Assembly (NCBI GenBank): GCA_038065715.1
Contig: JBBTQL010000007.1
Span: 49,643-113,642 of the forward strand
From: Patescibacteria group bacterium
GTDB lineage: Bacteria; Patescibacteriota; Minisyncoccia; Minisyncoccales; Staskawiczbacteraceae
Length of the DNA stretch: 64,000 nt
Direction of reading: 5' to 3'
This document shows positions 17,561 to 27,830 of the stretch, one piece after another. The translations under genes were made by a program, and so were the position numbers. The notes beneath the pieces were generated by a model. That model was not told the DNA's origin. It worked only from the letters and a program-made list of their open reading frames with translations, and did not search any database. Each line of letters begins with the position of its first letter. Positions within the stretch are counted from its first letter, which is position 1.

Positions 17561-18757
17561 ATGGCAACAGAAAAATTTGAGAGGTCAAAGCCTCACGTAA
17601 ACGTAGGTACTATTGGTCACGTTGACCATGGAAAAACCACATTGTCAGCCGCAATTATGAAAGTTTCAGGATTGCGCGGTTTTAAGCATTCAGAAAAAGG
17701 AGTAGACCAAATTGACTCAGCTCCAGAAGAAAAGGCAAGAGGCGTAACGATTTCTATTACTCACTTAGAATTTGAAACAGCAAAAAGGCACTATGCTTTA
17801 ATTGACTGCCCAGGCCACGCTGACTATATTAAAAACATGATTACGGGAGCCGCCCAAATGGACGGAGGTATTTTGTTAGTTTCAGCTCCAGATGGACCTA
17901 TGCCTCAAACAAAAGAGCACATTCTTTTAGCCAGGCAGGTAGGTTTGCCATCATTGGTTGTGTTTATGAACAAATGCGATATGGTTGACGATCCAGAAAT
18001 TTTAGATTTAGTTGAATCAGAAATCAGAGAACTTTTAAAGAAAAACGGTTATCCTGGCGACGAAACTCCAATTATTAGGGGTTCAGCCACAGAAGCATTA
18101 AAAGCAAATTCAATTGACGACGCATCTGCTAAGCCAATTATAGAATTATTAGACGCAGTTGATAATTATGTTGAGGAGCCTGTTAGAGAATTAGACAAGC
18201 CATTTTCTATGGCTATTGAAGATGTTTTCTCAATTGAAGGAAGGGGAACTGTGGCAACAGGAAGGATTTCAAGGGGAATTGTAAAACAAAACGATGAAGT
18301 TGAAATTATTGGTATTAGGCCAACACAAAAAACTGTTGTTGTGTCAGTTGAAATGTTCCAAAAGAGCCTTGACCAAGGAAATGCCGGAGATAATGTTGGA
18401 ATTTTGTTAAGAGGCTTAAAGAAAGAAGATATTGAAAGAGGCCAAGTTATAGCAAAGCCAGGATCAATTACTCCTCATACCGAATTTGAGTGCGAAGTTT
18501 ATGTTTTGAGCAAAGATGAGGGCGGAAGACACACTCCATTTTTCTCTGGATATAAACCGCAATTATATATAGGAACATCTGATATTACTGGCGACGTAAC
18601 TTTGGCAGAAGGAACCGAAATGGTAATGCCAGGAGACACAGCCAACTTAAAAGTTAAATTGATAGTGCCGGTTGCATTGGAAGAAAAAGGAAAATTTGCC
18701 ATTAGAGAAGGCGGAAAAACAGTTGGATCTGGAGTAGTAACTAAAATTATAAAATAA
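17561..18757 (+). CDS. tuf: Elongation factor Tu
   Basis: [22 protein letters not shown]. 398 aa. Confidence 0.97.
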   Translation: MATEKFERSKPHVNVGTIGHVDHGKTTLSAAIMKVSGLRGFKHSEKGVDQIDSAPEEKARGVTISITHLEFETAKRHYALIDCPGHADYIKNMITGAAQMDGGILLVSAPDGPMPQTKEHILLARQVGLPSLVVFMNKCDMVDDPEILDLVESEIRELLKKNGYPGDETPIIRGSATEALKANSIDDASAKPIIELLDAVDNYVEEPVRELDKPFSMAIEDVFSIEGRGTVATGRISRGIVKQNDEVEIIGIRPTQKTVVVSVEMFQKSLDQGNAGDNVGILLRGLKKEDIERGQVIAKPGSITPHTEFECEVYVLSKDEGGRHTPFFSGYKPQLYIGTSDITGDVTLAEGTEMVMPGDTANLKVKLIVPVALEEKGKFAIREGGKTVGSGVVTKIIK

Positions 18758-18765
18758 TTTTAAGA

Positions 18766-19152
18766 ATGCCTGCAAAGAAAATTGTTCGGAAAAGAACAAT
18801 AAAAGCAAATAAAGAAGAGAACGCAGAAGAAAAGGGAGCCCCAGAAATGAGGCAGAAGCTTCGCATAAAGCTTAAAGCTTATGACCACAAAATTATTGAC
18901 AATTCAGCCCGCCAGATAATTGATATTGCAAACCGCTACGGAGTTGACGCAGTAGGTCCTGTTCCATTACCCACAGAAATTTTAAAATACACTGTTAACA
19001 GATCAAGTTTCGTGCACAAAAATGCCAGAGAACAGTTTGAAATGAGAGTTCATAAAAGAGTGATTGATATTTTAAATCCAAACCAAGATATTATAGAAGC
19101 GTTGAGAGATTTGAATTTACCTTCAGGTGTTGACATTGCGATTAAAATTTAG
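18766..19152 (+). CDS. rpsJ: Ribosomal protein uS10 (with Lys-rich N-terminal extension; alternative start 18847)
   Basis: Core [21 protein letters not shown]...VHKRVIDI. Confidence 0.9.
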   Translation: MPAKKIVRKRTIKANKEENAEEKGAPEMRQKLRIKLKAYDHKIIDNSARQIIDIANRYGVDAVGPVPLPTEILKYTVNRSSFVHKNAREQFEMRVHKRVIDILNPNQDIIEALRDLNLPSGVDIAIKI

Positions 19153-19222
19153 TAAACTATCATATATAGACAATAGTTAACTTCCCGCCACAATGCTTAT
19201 AGCTTTGGGCGAGGTAACAACA

Positions 19223-19255
19223 TTGCCAAAAATCTGGCAAGCACGCCAGTTTTTT
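19223..19255 (+). promoter_or_regulatory. Attenuator-like pair of mutually exclusive hairpins between rpsJ and rplC
   Basis: Hairpin A is TTGCCA(19223-28)/TGGCAA(19235-40). Hairpin B is CTGGC(19234-38)/GCCAG(19245-49) plus T6. The two share 19234-19240. Confidence 0.4.
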
Positions 19256-19346
19256 GTTAATGCCAATTTACGAATTATATGCTAATAATGCAAATTCGTA
19301 TTTGGGTCATTGGCGACGTCATTAGCTATATTTGCATTGTATTTAT

Positions 19347-19946
19347 ATGAAATTTATATTAGGCCAAAAAATTGGAATGTCCCAGCTATTTGATAAAGAC
19401 GGCAAGTTAACGCCAGTTACCTTGGTTTTGGCAGGGCCTTGTTATGTTTTGCAAAAAAAGACAAAAGAAAAAGACGGTTATAATGCTTTGCAGATTGGAT
19501 TTGAAAAAATAGAAAAGAAAAACAAAATCAAAAAATCAATGGCTGGAAAGGAATATAAATATATACGGGAATTCAGAATCCAGAATTCAGAATTTGAAAA
19601 AGATGGAGAAAAAGAAATTAATGTCGCTACTTTCAGCGAAGGAGAAAAAGTAAAAGTTTCAGGAATGTCAAAAGGCAAAGGATTTCAGGGCGGAGTTAAA
19701 AGGCACGGATTTTCAGGAAGAAACGCCACTCACGGCGTAAAGCATGAACACAGAACAATAGGTTCAACTGGTTCGCGTTTTCCTCAGCATGTTATTAAGG
19801 GCAGAAAAATGCCAGGTCGAATGGGATATGAAAGAATTACAGTTAAAAATTTGAAAATAGCGAAAATTGACGCAGAAAATAACTTGTTAATATTAAAGGG
19901 AGCAGTGCCCGGGCACAAGGGCACATTGCTTGAAATCAGAGGATAA
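19347..19946 (+). CDS. rplC: Ribosomal protein uL3
   Basis: MKFILGQKIGMSQLFDKDG...KGKGFQGGVKRHGF. Confidence 0.95.
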   Translation: MKFILGQKIGMSQLFDKDGKLTPVTLVLAGPCYVLQKKTKEKDGYNALQIGFEKIEKKNKIKKSMAGKEYKYIREFRIQNSEFEKDGEKEINVATFSEGEKVKVSGMSKGKGFQGGVKRHGFSGRNATHGVKHEHRTIGSTGSRFPQHVIKGRKMPGRMGYERITVKNLKIAKIDAENNLLILKGAVPGHKGTLLEIRG

Positions 19947-19953
19947 TTTAAAT

Positions 19954-20598
19954 ATGAAGGTAGATGTTTACAATCAATTAGGAGAGATATCCGGAAGTAT
20001 GATTTTGCCGAAAGAAATTTTTGAGGTAAAACTTAATACTGATTTAGTGCACCAAATTGTTGTTTCGCAAATGGCAAACAAACGCCAGGTTTCAGCCCAT
20101 ACAAAAGACAGAAGCGAGGTGAGGGGAGGAGGAAAAAAACCGTGGAGGCAAAAAGGAACAGGCAGGGCAAGGCACGGTTCAATAAGGTCTCCATTGTGGA
20201 GAGGCGGCGGAGTTACATTTGGACCAAGAAATGAAAAAGTGTTTGAAAAAGATGTTCCTAAAAAAATGAGGAGAAAAGCTTTGCTTATGGTTCTTTCCGA
20301 AAAAGCTAAGAATAATTTCTTGATTGTATTAGAAAGCCCCGCCTTCGCTGAAGCTACGGCGGGCAAAGCAAAAACAAAGGAGGTGGCAAAAATATTGAAA
20401 AAATTGCCAAGCAAAGATAAAACCCTATTGATTGCTTTGCCAGAATACGACAAAAATGTATTTCTGGCAGCCAGAAATATAAAAAAAACCAGCATTTCAG
20501 AAGCAAGAAATTTGAATGTTTTAGATTTAATGTCGTCTAAATATTTGTTAATGCCAAAAGAAAGCATAAAAACTATAGAAAAAACATTTCTAAAATAA
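19954..20598 (+). CDS. rplD: Ribosomal protein uL4
   Basis: ...GGGKKPWRQKGTGRARHGSIRSPLWRGGG. In-frame GC hairpin at 20337-20366. Confidence 0.95.
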   Translation: MKVDVYNQLGEISGSMILPKEIFEVKLNTDLVHQIVVSQMANKRQVSAHTKDRSEVRGGGKKPWRQKGTGRARHGSIRSPLWRGGGVTFGPRNEKVFEKDVPKKMRRKALLMVLSEKAKNNFLIVLESPAFAEATAGKAKTKEVAKILKKLPSKDKTLLIALPEYDKNVFLAARNIKKTSISEARNLNVLDLMSSKYLLMPKESIKTIEKTFLK

Positions 20599-20604
20599 AA
20601 TATC

Positions 20605-21039
20605 ATGGCTTTATTTGATTTTTTAAAAAAGAAAAAAGCAATAGAAAAAGCAAGGGAAACGGATAAAAAGTCCGAGAAAGTTTCGGCTGAAGGAAAACCC
20701 GCTGAAAAGGCAAAGCCTATTAAGGCGGACTCGCAACAATCTCGCCGAAAGGCGAGTTTGGGCGGGTTTTCTTACAACGCCATAAAAAATCCGCATATAT
20801 CAGAAAAAGCAACTGCTTTGGCAGAAAAAAACCAATATACTTTTAAAACATTGGCAGGCGCTAATAAAACAGAAATAAAAAAAACAGTGGAAGGAATTTA
20901 CGGGGTAGATGTTTTATCTGTAAATATAATAAAAATTCCAGCTAAAAAAAGAAGAATAGGAAAAACTAAAGGATTTAAATCGGGGCACATAAAAGCAATT
21001 GTAAAAATAAAAGAAGGCCAAGTAATTGAAATTTTTTAA
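20605..21039 (+). CDS. rplW: Ribosomal protein uL23 (N-terminally extended)
   Basis: C-terminal core ...ISEKATALAEKNQYTFKT...KTEIKKTVEGIYGVDVLSVNI. GC hairpin at 20741-20756 in the extension. Confidence 0.9.
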   Translation: MALFDFLKKKKAIEKARETDKKSEKVSAEGKPAEKAKPIKADSQQSRRKASLGGFSYNAIKNPHISEKATALAEKNQYTFKTLAGANKTEIKKTVEGIYGVDVLSVNIIKIPAKKRRIGKTKGFKSGHIKAIVKIKEGQVIEIF

Positions 21040-21870
21040 ATGAAAATATATAAACCAACAACGCCAGCTAGAAGAGGAATGACAGGGATAGATTTTTCGT
21101 TGCTTTCAAAAGAGCCAAGCGAAAAAAGGCTTTTAAAATACATTAAAAGAAGCGTGGGAAGATCAAAATCTACAGGAAGAATTACAGTAAGGCACAAAGG
21201 TGGCGGAGTAAAAAAACTTTACAGAATTATTGAATTTTCGCAAAAAAGAATGGACAGCCCCGCAAAAGTTGTTGCCTTAGAATATGATCCAAACAGGACA
21301 GGATTTATAGCTTTAATAGAGTACGATAATAGAGAAAGGCAATATATTATAGCTCCGCAAGGATTAAATGTTGGAGACAGTGTAGTTTTTTCCGAAAAAG
21401 CCCCGTTAACTCCGGGTAATAGAATGAAATTGAAAAATATAACAGTGGGAACAGCAGTTTATAATGTTGAATTAGAGCCTGGAAAGGGAGGAAAATTAAT
21501 AAGATCAGCAGGATCTTCGGCTCAGGTTTTGGCTCAGGAAGAAAATTATACGAATTTAAAAATGCCTTCAACCGAAGTTAGAAAATTCAGCAACGAATGT
21601 TTTGCAACAATAGGAATGGTTTCAAATCCAGAAAACAGATTTTACAGAGTTGGCAAGGCAGGCAAGTCAAGGTTAAAAGGCAGAAGGCCTCATGTAAGGG
21701 GCTCTGCAATGAATCCGGTAGACCATCCACATGGCGGCGGAGAGGGCAGGCAGCCAATTGGCTTAAAGCATCCAAAAACTCCGTGGGGAAAACCAGCTTT
21801 GGGAGTGAAAACAAGAAACAAGCGTAAATGGACAAATAAATTCATCGTTCAAAGAAGAAAGAAAAAATAA
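21040..21870 (+). CDS. rplB: Ribosomal protein uL2
   Basis: ...GRITVRHKGGG...VRGSAMNPVDHPHGGGEG. Confidence 0.97.
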   Translation: MKIYKPTTPARRGMTGIDFSLLSKEPSEKRLLKYIKRSVGRSKSTGRITVRHKGGGVKKLYRIIEFSQKRMDSPAKVVALEYDPNRTGFIALIEYDNRERQYIIAPQGLNVGDSVVFSEKAPLTPGNRMKLKNITVGTAVYNVELEPGKGGKLIRSAGSSAQVLAQEENYTNLKMPSTEVRKFSNECFATIGMVSNPENRFYRVGKAGKSRLKGRRPHVRGSAMNPVDHPHGGGEGRQPIGLKHPKTPWGKPALGVKTRNKRKWTNKFIVQRRKKK

Positions 21871-21882
21871 AAAAACAAAAAA

Positions 21883-22206
21883 ATGAGCAGAAGTTTAAAA
21901 AAAGGTCCATACATTGACCCAAAATTGTTAGAAAAAGTGTTAAAGCTCAGGAAAGACGAAAAGGTTATCATTAAAACATGGGCAAGGCACTCTACGATTT
22001 CTCCAGAAATGGTAGGCCATACTTTTGGGGTGCATAACGGCAAAGATTTTGTTCCAGTTCATATTGCAGAGGATATGGTAGGCCACAAGCTGGGCGAGTT
22101 TGCGGCTACAACAAAGTTTGTAAGACATGGAGGAAAAATGCAAAGAGAGATAGAGCAAACCGCAGAACAAAAAGAAGCGGTAAAAACAGCAGCAGAAAAG
22201 AAATAG
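21883..22206 (+). CDS. rpsS: Ribosomal protein uS19
   Basis: [12 protein letters not shown]...[10 protein letters not shown]...GHKLGEF. Confidence 0.95.
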   Translation: MSRSLKKGPYIDPKLLEKVLKLRKDEKVIIKTWARHSTISPEMVGHTFGVHNGKDFVPVHIAEDMVGHKLGEFAATTKFVRHGGKMQREIEQTAEQKEAVKTAAEKK

Positions 22207-22215
22207 CATAATAAC

Positions 22216-22644
22216 ATGGAAATTAAAGTAATATTAAGACATTTAAGAATATCGCCAAGAAAGGCAAGAGAAGTGGTTGATTTGGTAAGAGGTAAAAATG
22301 CGGCCGAGGCAAAAACCGCCCTTGAATTTGCGGTGAAAAGAGCATCGGCGCCTGTTTTAAAGCTTTTAAATTCAGCTGTTGCTTCAGCTAAACACGATTT
22401 TCAGATAGACGAATCAAATCTTTTTGTGTCTAAAATTACAGTAGATGAAGGCCCAACATTGAAAAGGTGGCATGCAATGTCTCGCGGCAGAGCTTATCCT
22501 ATAATGAAAAGAAGCTCGCATATTACTTTAGTATTGGGAGAAATAAATCCAACTGAAAAGAAAGAAACAAAAACCGAAAAAATTAAAGAAGTTAAAGCAG
22601 TAAAAAAGTTAAAAAAACAGCAAAAAAAAGTTAAAAAAACATAA
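22216..22644 (+). CDS. rplV: Ribosomal protein uL22 (Lys-rich C-terminal tail)
   Basis: LRISPRKAREVVDLVRGK...GPTLKRWHAMSRGRA. Confidence 0.93.
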   Translation: MEIKVILRHLRISPRKAREVVDLVRGKNAAEAKTALEFAVKRASAPVLKLLNSAVASAKHDFQIDESNLFVSKITVDEGPTLKRWHAMSRGRAYPIMKRSSHITLVLGEINPTEKKETKTEKIKEVKAVKKLKKQQKKVKKT

Positions 22645-22652
22645 TTCATAAT

Positions 22653-23306
22653 ATGGCTCACAAAGTCCACCCAAAATCATTTAGAATAAAAGGAACAGAA
22701 GATTGGAATGTCCGCGGTTTTTATGGCAAAAAAATGCCTCAGTATTTAGCGGAAGATTTTTTAATTAAAGATTTTTTAACAAAAAAATTGGCAGATGCTT
22801 CGGTTGCTAACATTGAAATTGAACATTCAGCAAACAAATTAAATATTATTATTGCAACAGGCAGGCCTGGATTAATTATAGGCAGAGGCGGAGGCGGAGT
22901 TGAAAATTTGAAAGATTTTATATTGAAAAAAATATATTCAAAAAAAATAGATAATACAAAAAGAGAGATAAAGATAGAAATTAGAGAAATAAAAAATCCT
23001 TGGATTTCAGCTCCTTTAATAGCTCAAATGGCAGCTCAGCAAATTGAAAAAAGAATACCATTCCGCCAAGTTTTAAAAAGAACAATAGAAAGAGTTATGG
23101 CAAACAGAGAGGTAAAGGGCATAAGGATAGAAATGTCAGGAAGATTAAATGGCGTTGAAATTGCCAGAAAAGAGTGGTTGAGGCAGGGCAGATTGCCAAG
23201 AAATACAATAAGAGCTGACATTGAATATAGCCAGGCAGAAGCGCATTGCACCTATGGGGCAGTAGGAATTAAAGTTTGGATATATAAAGGAGAAAAATTT
23301 GAATAA
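22653..23306 (+). CDS. rpsC: Ribosomal protein uS3
   Basis: MAHKVHPKSFR...KH domain...GRLNGVEIAR. Confidence 0.95.
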   Translation: MAHKVHPKSFRIKGTEDWNVRGFYGKKMPQYLAEDFLIKDFLTKKLADASVANIEIEHSANKLNIIIATGRPGLIIGRGGGGVENLKDFILKKIYSKKIDNTKREIKIEIREIKNPWISAPLIAQMAAQQIEKRIPFRQVLKRTIERVMANREVKGIRIEMSGRLNGVEIARKEWLRQGRLPRNTIRADIEYSQAEAHCTYGAVGIKVWIYKGEKFE

Positions 23307-23325
23307 CTAAAAATAAAAATTCGTT

Positions 23326-23736
23326 ATGAGTATTTTAATGCCGAAAAAAGTTAAACACCGCAAGTGGCACAGGGGAAGATCAAGAGGAGTTGAAACTAGG
23401 GCAACCGAGCTTACTTTTGGCAGTTTTGGATTAAAATCTTTGGGAACAAAATGGATAACTGCCCGCCAACTTGAAGCTTCAAGGCGTTATATAATAAGAT
23501 ATCTTAAAAAAGGAGGAAAGCTTTGGATAAGAATTTTTCCAGACAAACCAGTGACATTTAAGGGCGCTGAAGTTGGCATGGGAGGAGGAAAGGGAGGAGT
23601 TGACCATTATGTTTATCCTATAAAACCAGGCAGAATTATTTTTGAATTAGACGGCATAAAAGAAGATATGGCCAGAGCTGCATTTCGCGGAGCGTCAAAA
23701 AAATTGCCGATTAAAACCAGATTTATTAAAAAATAA
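23326..23736 (+). CDS. rplP: Ribosomal protein uL16
   Basis: LMPKKVKHRKWHRGR...GMGGGKG. Confidence 0.95.
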   Translation: MSILMPKKVKHRKWHRGRSRGVETRATELTFGSFGLKSLGTKWITARQLEASRRYIIRYLKKGGKLWIRIFPDKPVTFKGAEVGMGGGKGGVDHYVYPIKPGRIIFELDGIKEDMARAAFRGASKKLPIKTRFIKK

Positions 23737-23746
23737 AACTAAAACA

Positions 23747-23935
23747 ATGAAAGCAAAAGAACTTCGTAAAAAAGATAAAAATGAATTGGAAAAATCAGCA
23801 GAAGACCTTAGAAAAAAATTAAGCGGCCTTAGGTTTAAGTTTTCTTCTAATAAATTAAAGAATGTAAAAGAAATAAATCACGTGAAAAAAGAAATAGCGA
23901 GAACATTAACAGTATTAAAAGAACAAAAACAATAA
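23747..23935 (+). CDS. rpmC: Ribosomal protein uL29
   Basis: MKAKELRKKDKNELEK...LRFKFSSNKLKN. Confidence 0.9.
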   Translation: MKAKELRKKDKNELEKSAEDLRKKLSGLRFKFSSNKLKNVKEINHVKKEIARTLTVLKEQKQ

Positions 23936-23996
23936 GTAATCCTTCGCCCTTCGTCGTAGCGACTTCTCAGGGCTCAGGATGAATTTATTAAAATTC

Positions 23997-24230
23997 ATGC
24001 CAAAAAGAAAATTAAAGGGTGTTGTAGTTTCAGACAAGATGCAAAAAACAGTTGTTGTCAAAGTGGAAAAAGTTAAAGAACACCCAAAATACAAAAGAAG
24101 ATATAAAGTTCACAAGAAATATAAAGCCCATGACGAAAAGGGAGAATTTCACATTGGAGATAATGTTGTGATAGAAGAAACAACGCCTATATCAAAAGAT
24201 AAAAAATGGAAAGTAATAAATAAAATTTAG
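23997..24230 (+). CDS. rpsQ: Ribosomal protein uS17
   Basis: MPKRKLKGVVVSDKMQKTVVVKVE...KYKAHDE. Confidence 0.92.
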   Translation: MPKRKLKGVVVSDKMQKTVVVKVEKVKEHPKYKRRYKVHKKYKAHDEKGEFHIGDNVVIEETTPISKDKKWKVINKI

Positions 24231-24251
24231 TATTCACTTTGTTTATAAATT

Positions 24252-24620
24252 ATGATTCAATTAAGGTCGATGTTAAAAGTTGCCGATAACTCCGGGGCAA
24301 AAATTGTCCAGTGCATTAATGTTCCAGGCGGCACAAGAAGAAGATATGCTCAATTGGGAGATATAATTGTTGGAGTAGTAAAAAAAGCGGAGCCAAGAAA
24401 GTTAGTTAAAAAACATGAAAAGATTAAGGCTGTTATTATAAGGCAGAGAAAAGAATTTAAAAGAGCAGACGGTTCTTATATTAGGTTTGATGACAACGCC
24501 GTAGTTATTTTAGGAGACGGAAAAGCGCCGAAAGGAGGAAGGGTTTTCGGGCCTGTAGCAAAAGAATTAAAAGATAAAGGTTTTGATAAAATTGCTATGA
24601 TGGCAACCGAACTTTTATAA
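24252..24620 (+). CDS. rplN: Ribosomal protein uL14
   Basis: MIQLRSMLKVADNSGAK... Confidence 0.96.
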   Translation: MIQLRSMLKVADNSGAKIVQCINVPGGTRRRYAQLGDIIVGVVKKAEPRKLVKKHEKIKAVIIRQRKEFKRADGSYIRFDDNAVVILGDGKAPKGGRVFGPVAKELKDKGFDKIAMMATELL

Positions 24621-24629
24621 CTTAAAACA

Positions 24630-24935
24630 ATGAAAGTTAAAAAAAATGACACAATTTTAATAACCGCAGGCAAAGACAGAGGCAGAACCGGAAAAGTTTT
24701 AAGAGTTCTTGTTAAAGAAGAGGCTGTTTTAGTTGAAGGGATAAATTTAAAGAAAAAACACGCAAAACCGAAAAAAGAAGGCGAGAAGGGACAGGTTGTG
24801 CAGATTCCAGCGCCTTTAAATATTTCTAATATAAAAGTTATTTGTTCAAAATGCGGGAAGGCCACAAGGGTTGGATATAAAGTTGATAAAGAAAGAAAGG
24901 TCAGAGTTTGCAAAAAATGCGGACAAGAGATTTAA
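24630..24935 (+). CDS. rplX: Ribosomal protein uL24 (with C-terminal CxxC...CxxC)
   Basis: KOW motif KKNDTILITAGKDRGRTGKV. CSKCG...CKKCG tail. Confidence 0.93.
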   Translation: MKVKKNDTILITAGKDRGRTGKVLRVLVKEEAVLVEGINLKKKHAKPKKEGEKGQVVQIPAPLNISNIKVICSKCGKATRVGYKVDKERKVRVCKKCGQEI

Positions 24936-24950
24936 TATAAAGTTTTTAAC

Positions 24951-25505
24951 ATGCCAAGTTTAAAAGAAAAATATAAAAAAGAAGTAATACCGCAAATGAT
25001 GAAGTCTTTGGGTTATAAAAATCCTATGGCAGTTCCAAAGATTAAAAAAGTTGTGATAAATACTTCTTTTGGCAAGGAAGTTGCAAGCAAAACTTCCGGA
25101 GAGAGGGAAAAAATATACAATCTTATTTTGCAGGATTTAACTTTGATTTCAGGACAAAAGCCAAATTTAATAAAATCAAAAAAATCTATCGCCGGCTTTA
25201 AATTAAGGGAGGGGCTTGAGATAGCCGCAAAGGTTACATTAAGAAAGGGCAGAATGTGGGATTTTTTAGAAAGATTGATTTATTTGTCTTTGCCAAGGTC
25301 GCGCGATTTTAAAGGCATTGACTCAAAATCAATTGATAAAAGAGGAAATTTAACTATTGGATTTAGAGAACATATTTCATTTCCTGAAATTTTTACAGAA
25401 AAAGAAAAAACGATTTTTGGATTAGAAATTACTGTTGCGACTAATGCTAAAAATAAAGAAGAAAGTTTAGAATTATATAAATTAATGGGATTCCCAATAA
25501 AATAG
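24951..25505 (+). CDS. rplE: Ribosomal protein uL5
   Basis: ...NPMAVPKIKKVVINTSFG...FGLEITVATNA. Confidence 0.95.
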   Translation: MPSLKEKYKKEVIPQMMKSLGYKNPMAVPKIKKVVINTSFGKEVASKTSGEREKIYNLILQDLTLISGQKPNLIKSKKSIAGFKLREGLEIAAKVTLRKGRMWDFLERLIYLSLPRSRDFKGIDSKSIDKRGNLTIGFREHISFPEIFTEKEKTIFGLEITVATNAKNKEESLELYKLMGFPIK

Positions 25506-25511
25506 ACAAAA

Positions 25512-25697
25512 ATGGCAAAAACATCACAAATTGCAAAAGCAAAAAAGAAGCCAAAATATTCTTCAAGAAAAATAAGGCGCTGTTTTAAGTGCGGAAGAAG
25601 AAGGGGATTTATAAGGAGTTTTGGCCTTTGCAGAATATGTTTTAGGGAATTAGCCAATAAAGGAGAAATTCCAGGAATTAAAAAATCAAGCTGGTAA
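25512..25697 (+). CDS. rpsN: Ribosomal protein uS14, short zinc-ribbon (type Z) form
   Basis: 61 aa. [23 protein letters not shown]. Confidence 0.93.
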   Translation: MAKTSQIAKAKKKPKYSSRKIRRCFKCGRRRGFIRSFGLCRICFRELANKGEIPGIKKSSW

Positions 25698-25712
25698 ATA
25701 AAAAATAAAAAT

Positions 25713-26102
25713 ATGACAGACCCAATTACAGACATGTTAAATCAAATAAGGAATGCAGGAGCTGTTGGCAAAACAGAGCTGTCTTTGCCTTCTTCAAAAT
25801 TAAAATTTGAAGTTGCTAAAATTTTAATGCAGGAAAATTTTATTTCCGATGTTAAAAAAACAGCCAAAGGAAAAAGCAAAACGATGAAAATTGTTTTAAA
25901 GTACGACAACGGAATTATGGCGATTTCAGGGTTGAGAAAAGTTTCAAAGCCAGGACAGAGAATTTACGCAAAAGCGTCTGAAATTAAAAATGTTAAAGGA
26001 GGTTACGGCATATCAGTGGTTTCAACTCCAAAAGGATTAATGACAAATAAAGAAGCCAGGAAAGTAAAATTGGGAGGGGAGATATTATTGGAAATTTGGT
26101 AA
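25713..26102 (+). CDS. rpsH: Ribosomal protein uS8
   Basis: MTDPITDMLNQIRNA... Confidence 0.95.
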   Translation: MTDPITDMLNQIRNAGAVGKTELSLPSSKLKFEVAKILMQENFISDVKKTAKGKSKTMKIVLKYDNGIMAISGLRKVSKPGQRIYAKASEIKNVKGGYGISVVSTPKGLMTNKEARKVKLGGEILLEIW

Positions 26103-26111
26103 CACCTTAAA

Positions 26112-26140
26112 TTGACCAAAGTCAAAAAATAAGATATAAT
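26112..26140 (+). promoter_or_regulatory. Internal sigma70-like promoter between rpsH and rplF
   Basis: TTGACC(26112-17)-17 nt-TATAAT(26135-40) inside an unusually long 99-nt spacer. Confidence 0.45.
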
Positions 26141-26201
26141 AGTAAATTCATATTGCCAATAATAAAAGAAATTAGGAAATTATTTTAAAAAATAGAAATT
26201 C

Positions 26202-26759
26202 ATGAGCAGGATTGGAAAAAAACCAATTGAAATTCCAGAGGGTGTAAAAGTTGATATTCAGGGTCAAAACCTGAAGATTTTAGGTCCAAAAGGGGAGTTG
26301 CAAATACAGCTAAACAGGGAAGTAAAAGTGGATATTGACGAGAATGGAAAGAATATTTTAGTTTCTAAACGCAAAGAAACAGCTACTGGAAAAGCAGGGG
26401 CTTTATGGGGCCTGTACAGGGCGCTTATATTTAATATGGTATATGGAGTTACAAAAGGTTTTGAAAAAAAATTAGAAATAGAAGGAGTTGGCTTCAAAGC
26501 TATGATTGATGGCGATAATCTAGTTTTGAATGTGGGTTTTGTAAATCCAGTTAAAATTAAAAAACCAGAAGGCATTAATTTTTTGGTAGAGAAAAATGTA
26601 ATTACTGTTTCTGGCATAAATAAAGAAAAAGTCGGTCAAATTTCAGCAATAATAAGAAAAGTAAAAAAAGCCGAACCTTATAAGGGTAAAGGAATAAAAT
26701 ATCAAGGAGAAAAAATTAGAAGAAAAGAGGGCAAGAAAGTTGTTTCAGCTAAAAAATAG
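26202..26759 (+). CDS. rplF: Ribosomal protein uL6
   Basis: [17 protein letters not shown]... Confidence 0.95.
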   Translation: MSRIGKKPIEIPEGVKVDIQGQNLKILGPKGELQIQLNREVKVDIDENGKNILVSKRKETATGKAGALWGLYRALIFNMVYGVTKGFEKKLEIEGVGFKAMIDGDNLVLNVGFVNPVKIKKPEGINFLVEKNVITVSGINKEKVGQISAIIRKVKKAEPYKGKGIKYQGEKIRRKEGKKVVSAKK

Positions 26760-26784
26760 AAATGCTTCGCATTTATATAATAAA

Positions 26785-27156
26785 ATGCAGACAAAAAAAG
26801 AAAAAAGAATAAGGCGCCATAAAAAGATAAGATTTAAAATTAAGGGCAGTAAAGACCGCTTGCGCCTTTGTGTTTTTAGGTCTATAAATCATATTTACGC
26901 CCAGGTCATTGACGACAAAAATGCAAAAATTATTGTGTCGGCTTCAGATAAAGAATTAAAAGGAGTAAAAGCAAACAAAACAGAAAAAACAATGACGCAT
27001 AAAGTAGGCATTGCCCATGAAGTTGGCAGGCTGATTGCAAAAAAGGCTATTGAAAACAAAATAGAAAAAGTGGTTTTTGACAGGGCTGGAATTCTTTTTC
27101 ATGGCAGAATAAAGGCATTGGCCGATGGAGCAAGAGAAGGAGGGCTTAAATTTTAA
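26785..27156 (+). CDS. rplR: Ribosomal protein uL18
   Basis: ...[18 protein letters not shown]...[28 protein letters not shown]. Confidence 0.93.
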   Translation: MQTKKEKRIRRHKKIRFKIKGSKDRLRLCVFRSINHIYAQVIDDKNAKIIVSASDKELKGVKANKTEKTMTHKVGIAHEVGRLIAKKAIENKIEKVVFDRAGILFHGRIKALADGAREGGLKF

Positions 27157-27170
27157 AACAAATTTAAAAA

Positions 27171-27770
27171 ATGGAAGAAAAAATAGAACAAAATAATAAT
27201 AGTCCTCAGTTAACACCAAAAGCTCAAGATAGATCTGGGTTTAAACCTTTTGGCCAAGGCGAAAACAGGGGCCCGGGCAGGAGTTTTGGCGGAGGCCGCG
27301 GCCGCGGTTTTGGAGGCAGAGATAAAATAAAAGATGAATTTGATTCAAAGCTTTTGGATTTGGCTAGAGTTACAAGAGTTACGGGCGGAGGAAAAAGAAT
27401 GAGTTTTAGGGCAGTTGTGGTTGCTGGAGATAAAAAAGGCAAAGTTGGCATTGGAATAGATAAAGGAAAAGATGTTTCTCAAGCGATAGAAAAAGCAACA
27501 AGAAGAGCCAAGAAAAATTTAGTCAGTGTCGTAATTGTGGATGGAACGATTCCTTACGAAGTTATGGCAAAGTCAGGGCCAGCTATAATTTTATTAAAAC
27601 CTCAAAGAAAAGGCAGGGGATTGGTGGCTGGCGGGGCTGTAAGGGTTATTTGCGACTTGGCTGGCATTAAAAATATTTCTTCAAAAATACTTTCTGGTTC
27701 AAAAAACAAATTAAACAACGCAAGGGCAACAATGGAAGCGTTAAAAAAGTTGAAAGTAAAAAGTTCATAA
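27171..27770 (+). CDS. rpsE: Ribosomal protein uS5 (RGG-rich N-terminal extension)
   Basis: ...VTRVTGGGKRMSFRAVVVAGD...GRGLVAGGAVR. The extension is encoded by GC-rich palindromic DNA at about 27262-27312. Confidence 0.93.
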   Translation: MEEKIEQNNNSPQLTPKAQDRSGFKPFGQGENRGPGRSFGGGRGRGFGGRDKIKDEFDSKLLDLARVTRVTGGGKRMSFRAVVVAGDKKGKVGIGIDKGKDVSQAIEKATRRAKKNLVSVVIVDGTIPYEVMAKSGPAIILLKPQRKGRGLVAGGAVRVICDLAGIKNISSKILSGSKNKLNNARATMEALKKLKVKSS

Positions 27771-27830
27771 AGTTCATAAAGTTCATCAAGTATGAAACTT
27801 TACAAACTTGATAAACTTTAAACTACGATT

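Noticed and set aside
19974-20606. Long antisense ORFs opposite conserved genes (19974-20606, 24476-24913, 25280-25735, 38699-39247, 3106-3519, 56159-56671, 61869-62270, all minus strand)
   Set aside because: Each lies entirely inside a confidently identified plus-strand gene (rplD, rplN/rplX, rplE/rpsN, rpoA, copA, the RHS Ig-repeat region, lexA). Their translations are low-complexity. They are shadow ORFs, typical of biased composition.
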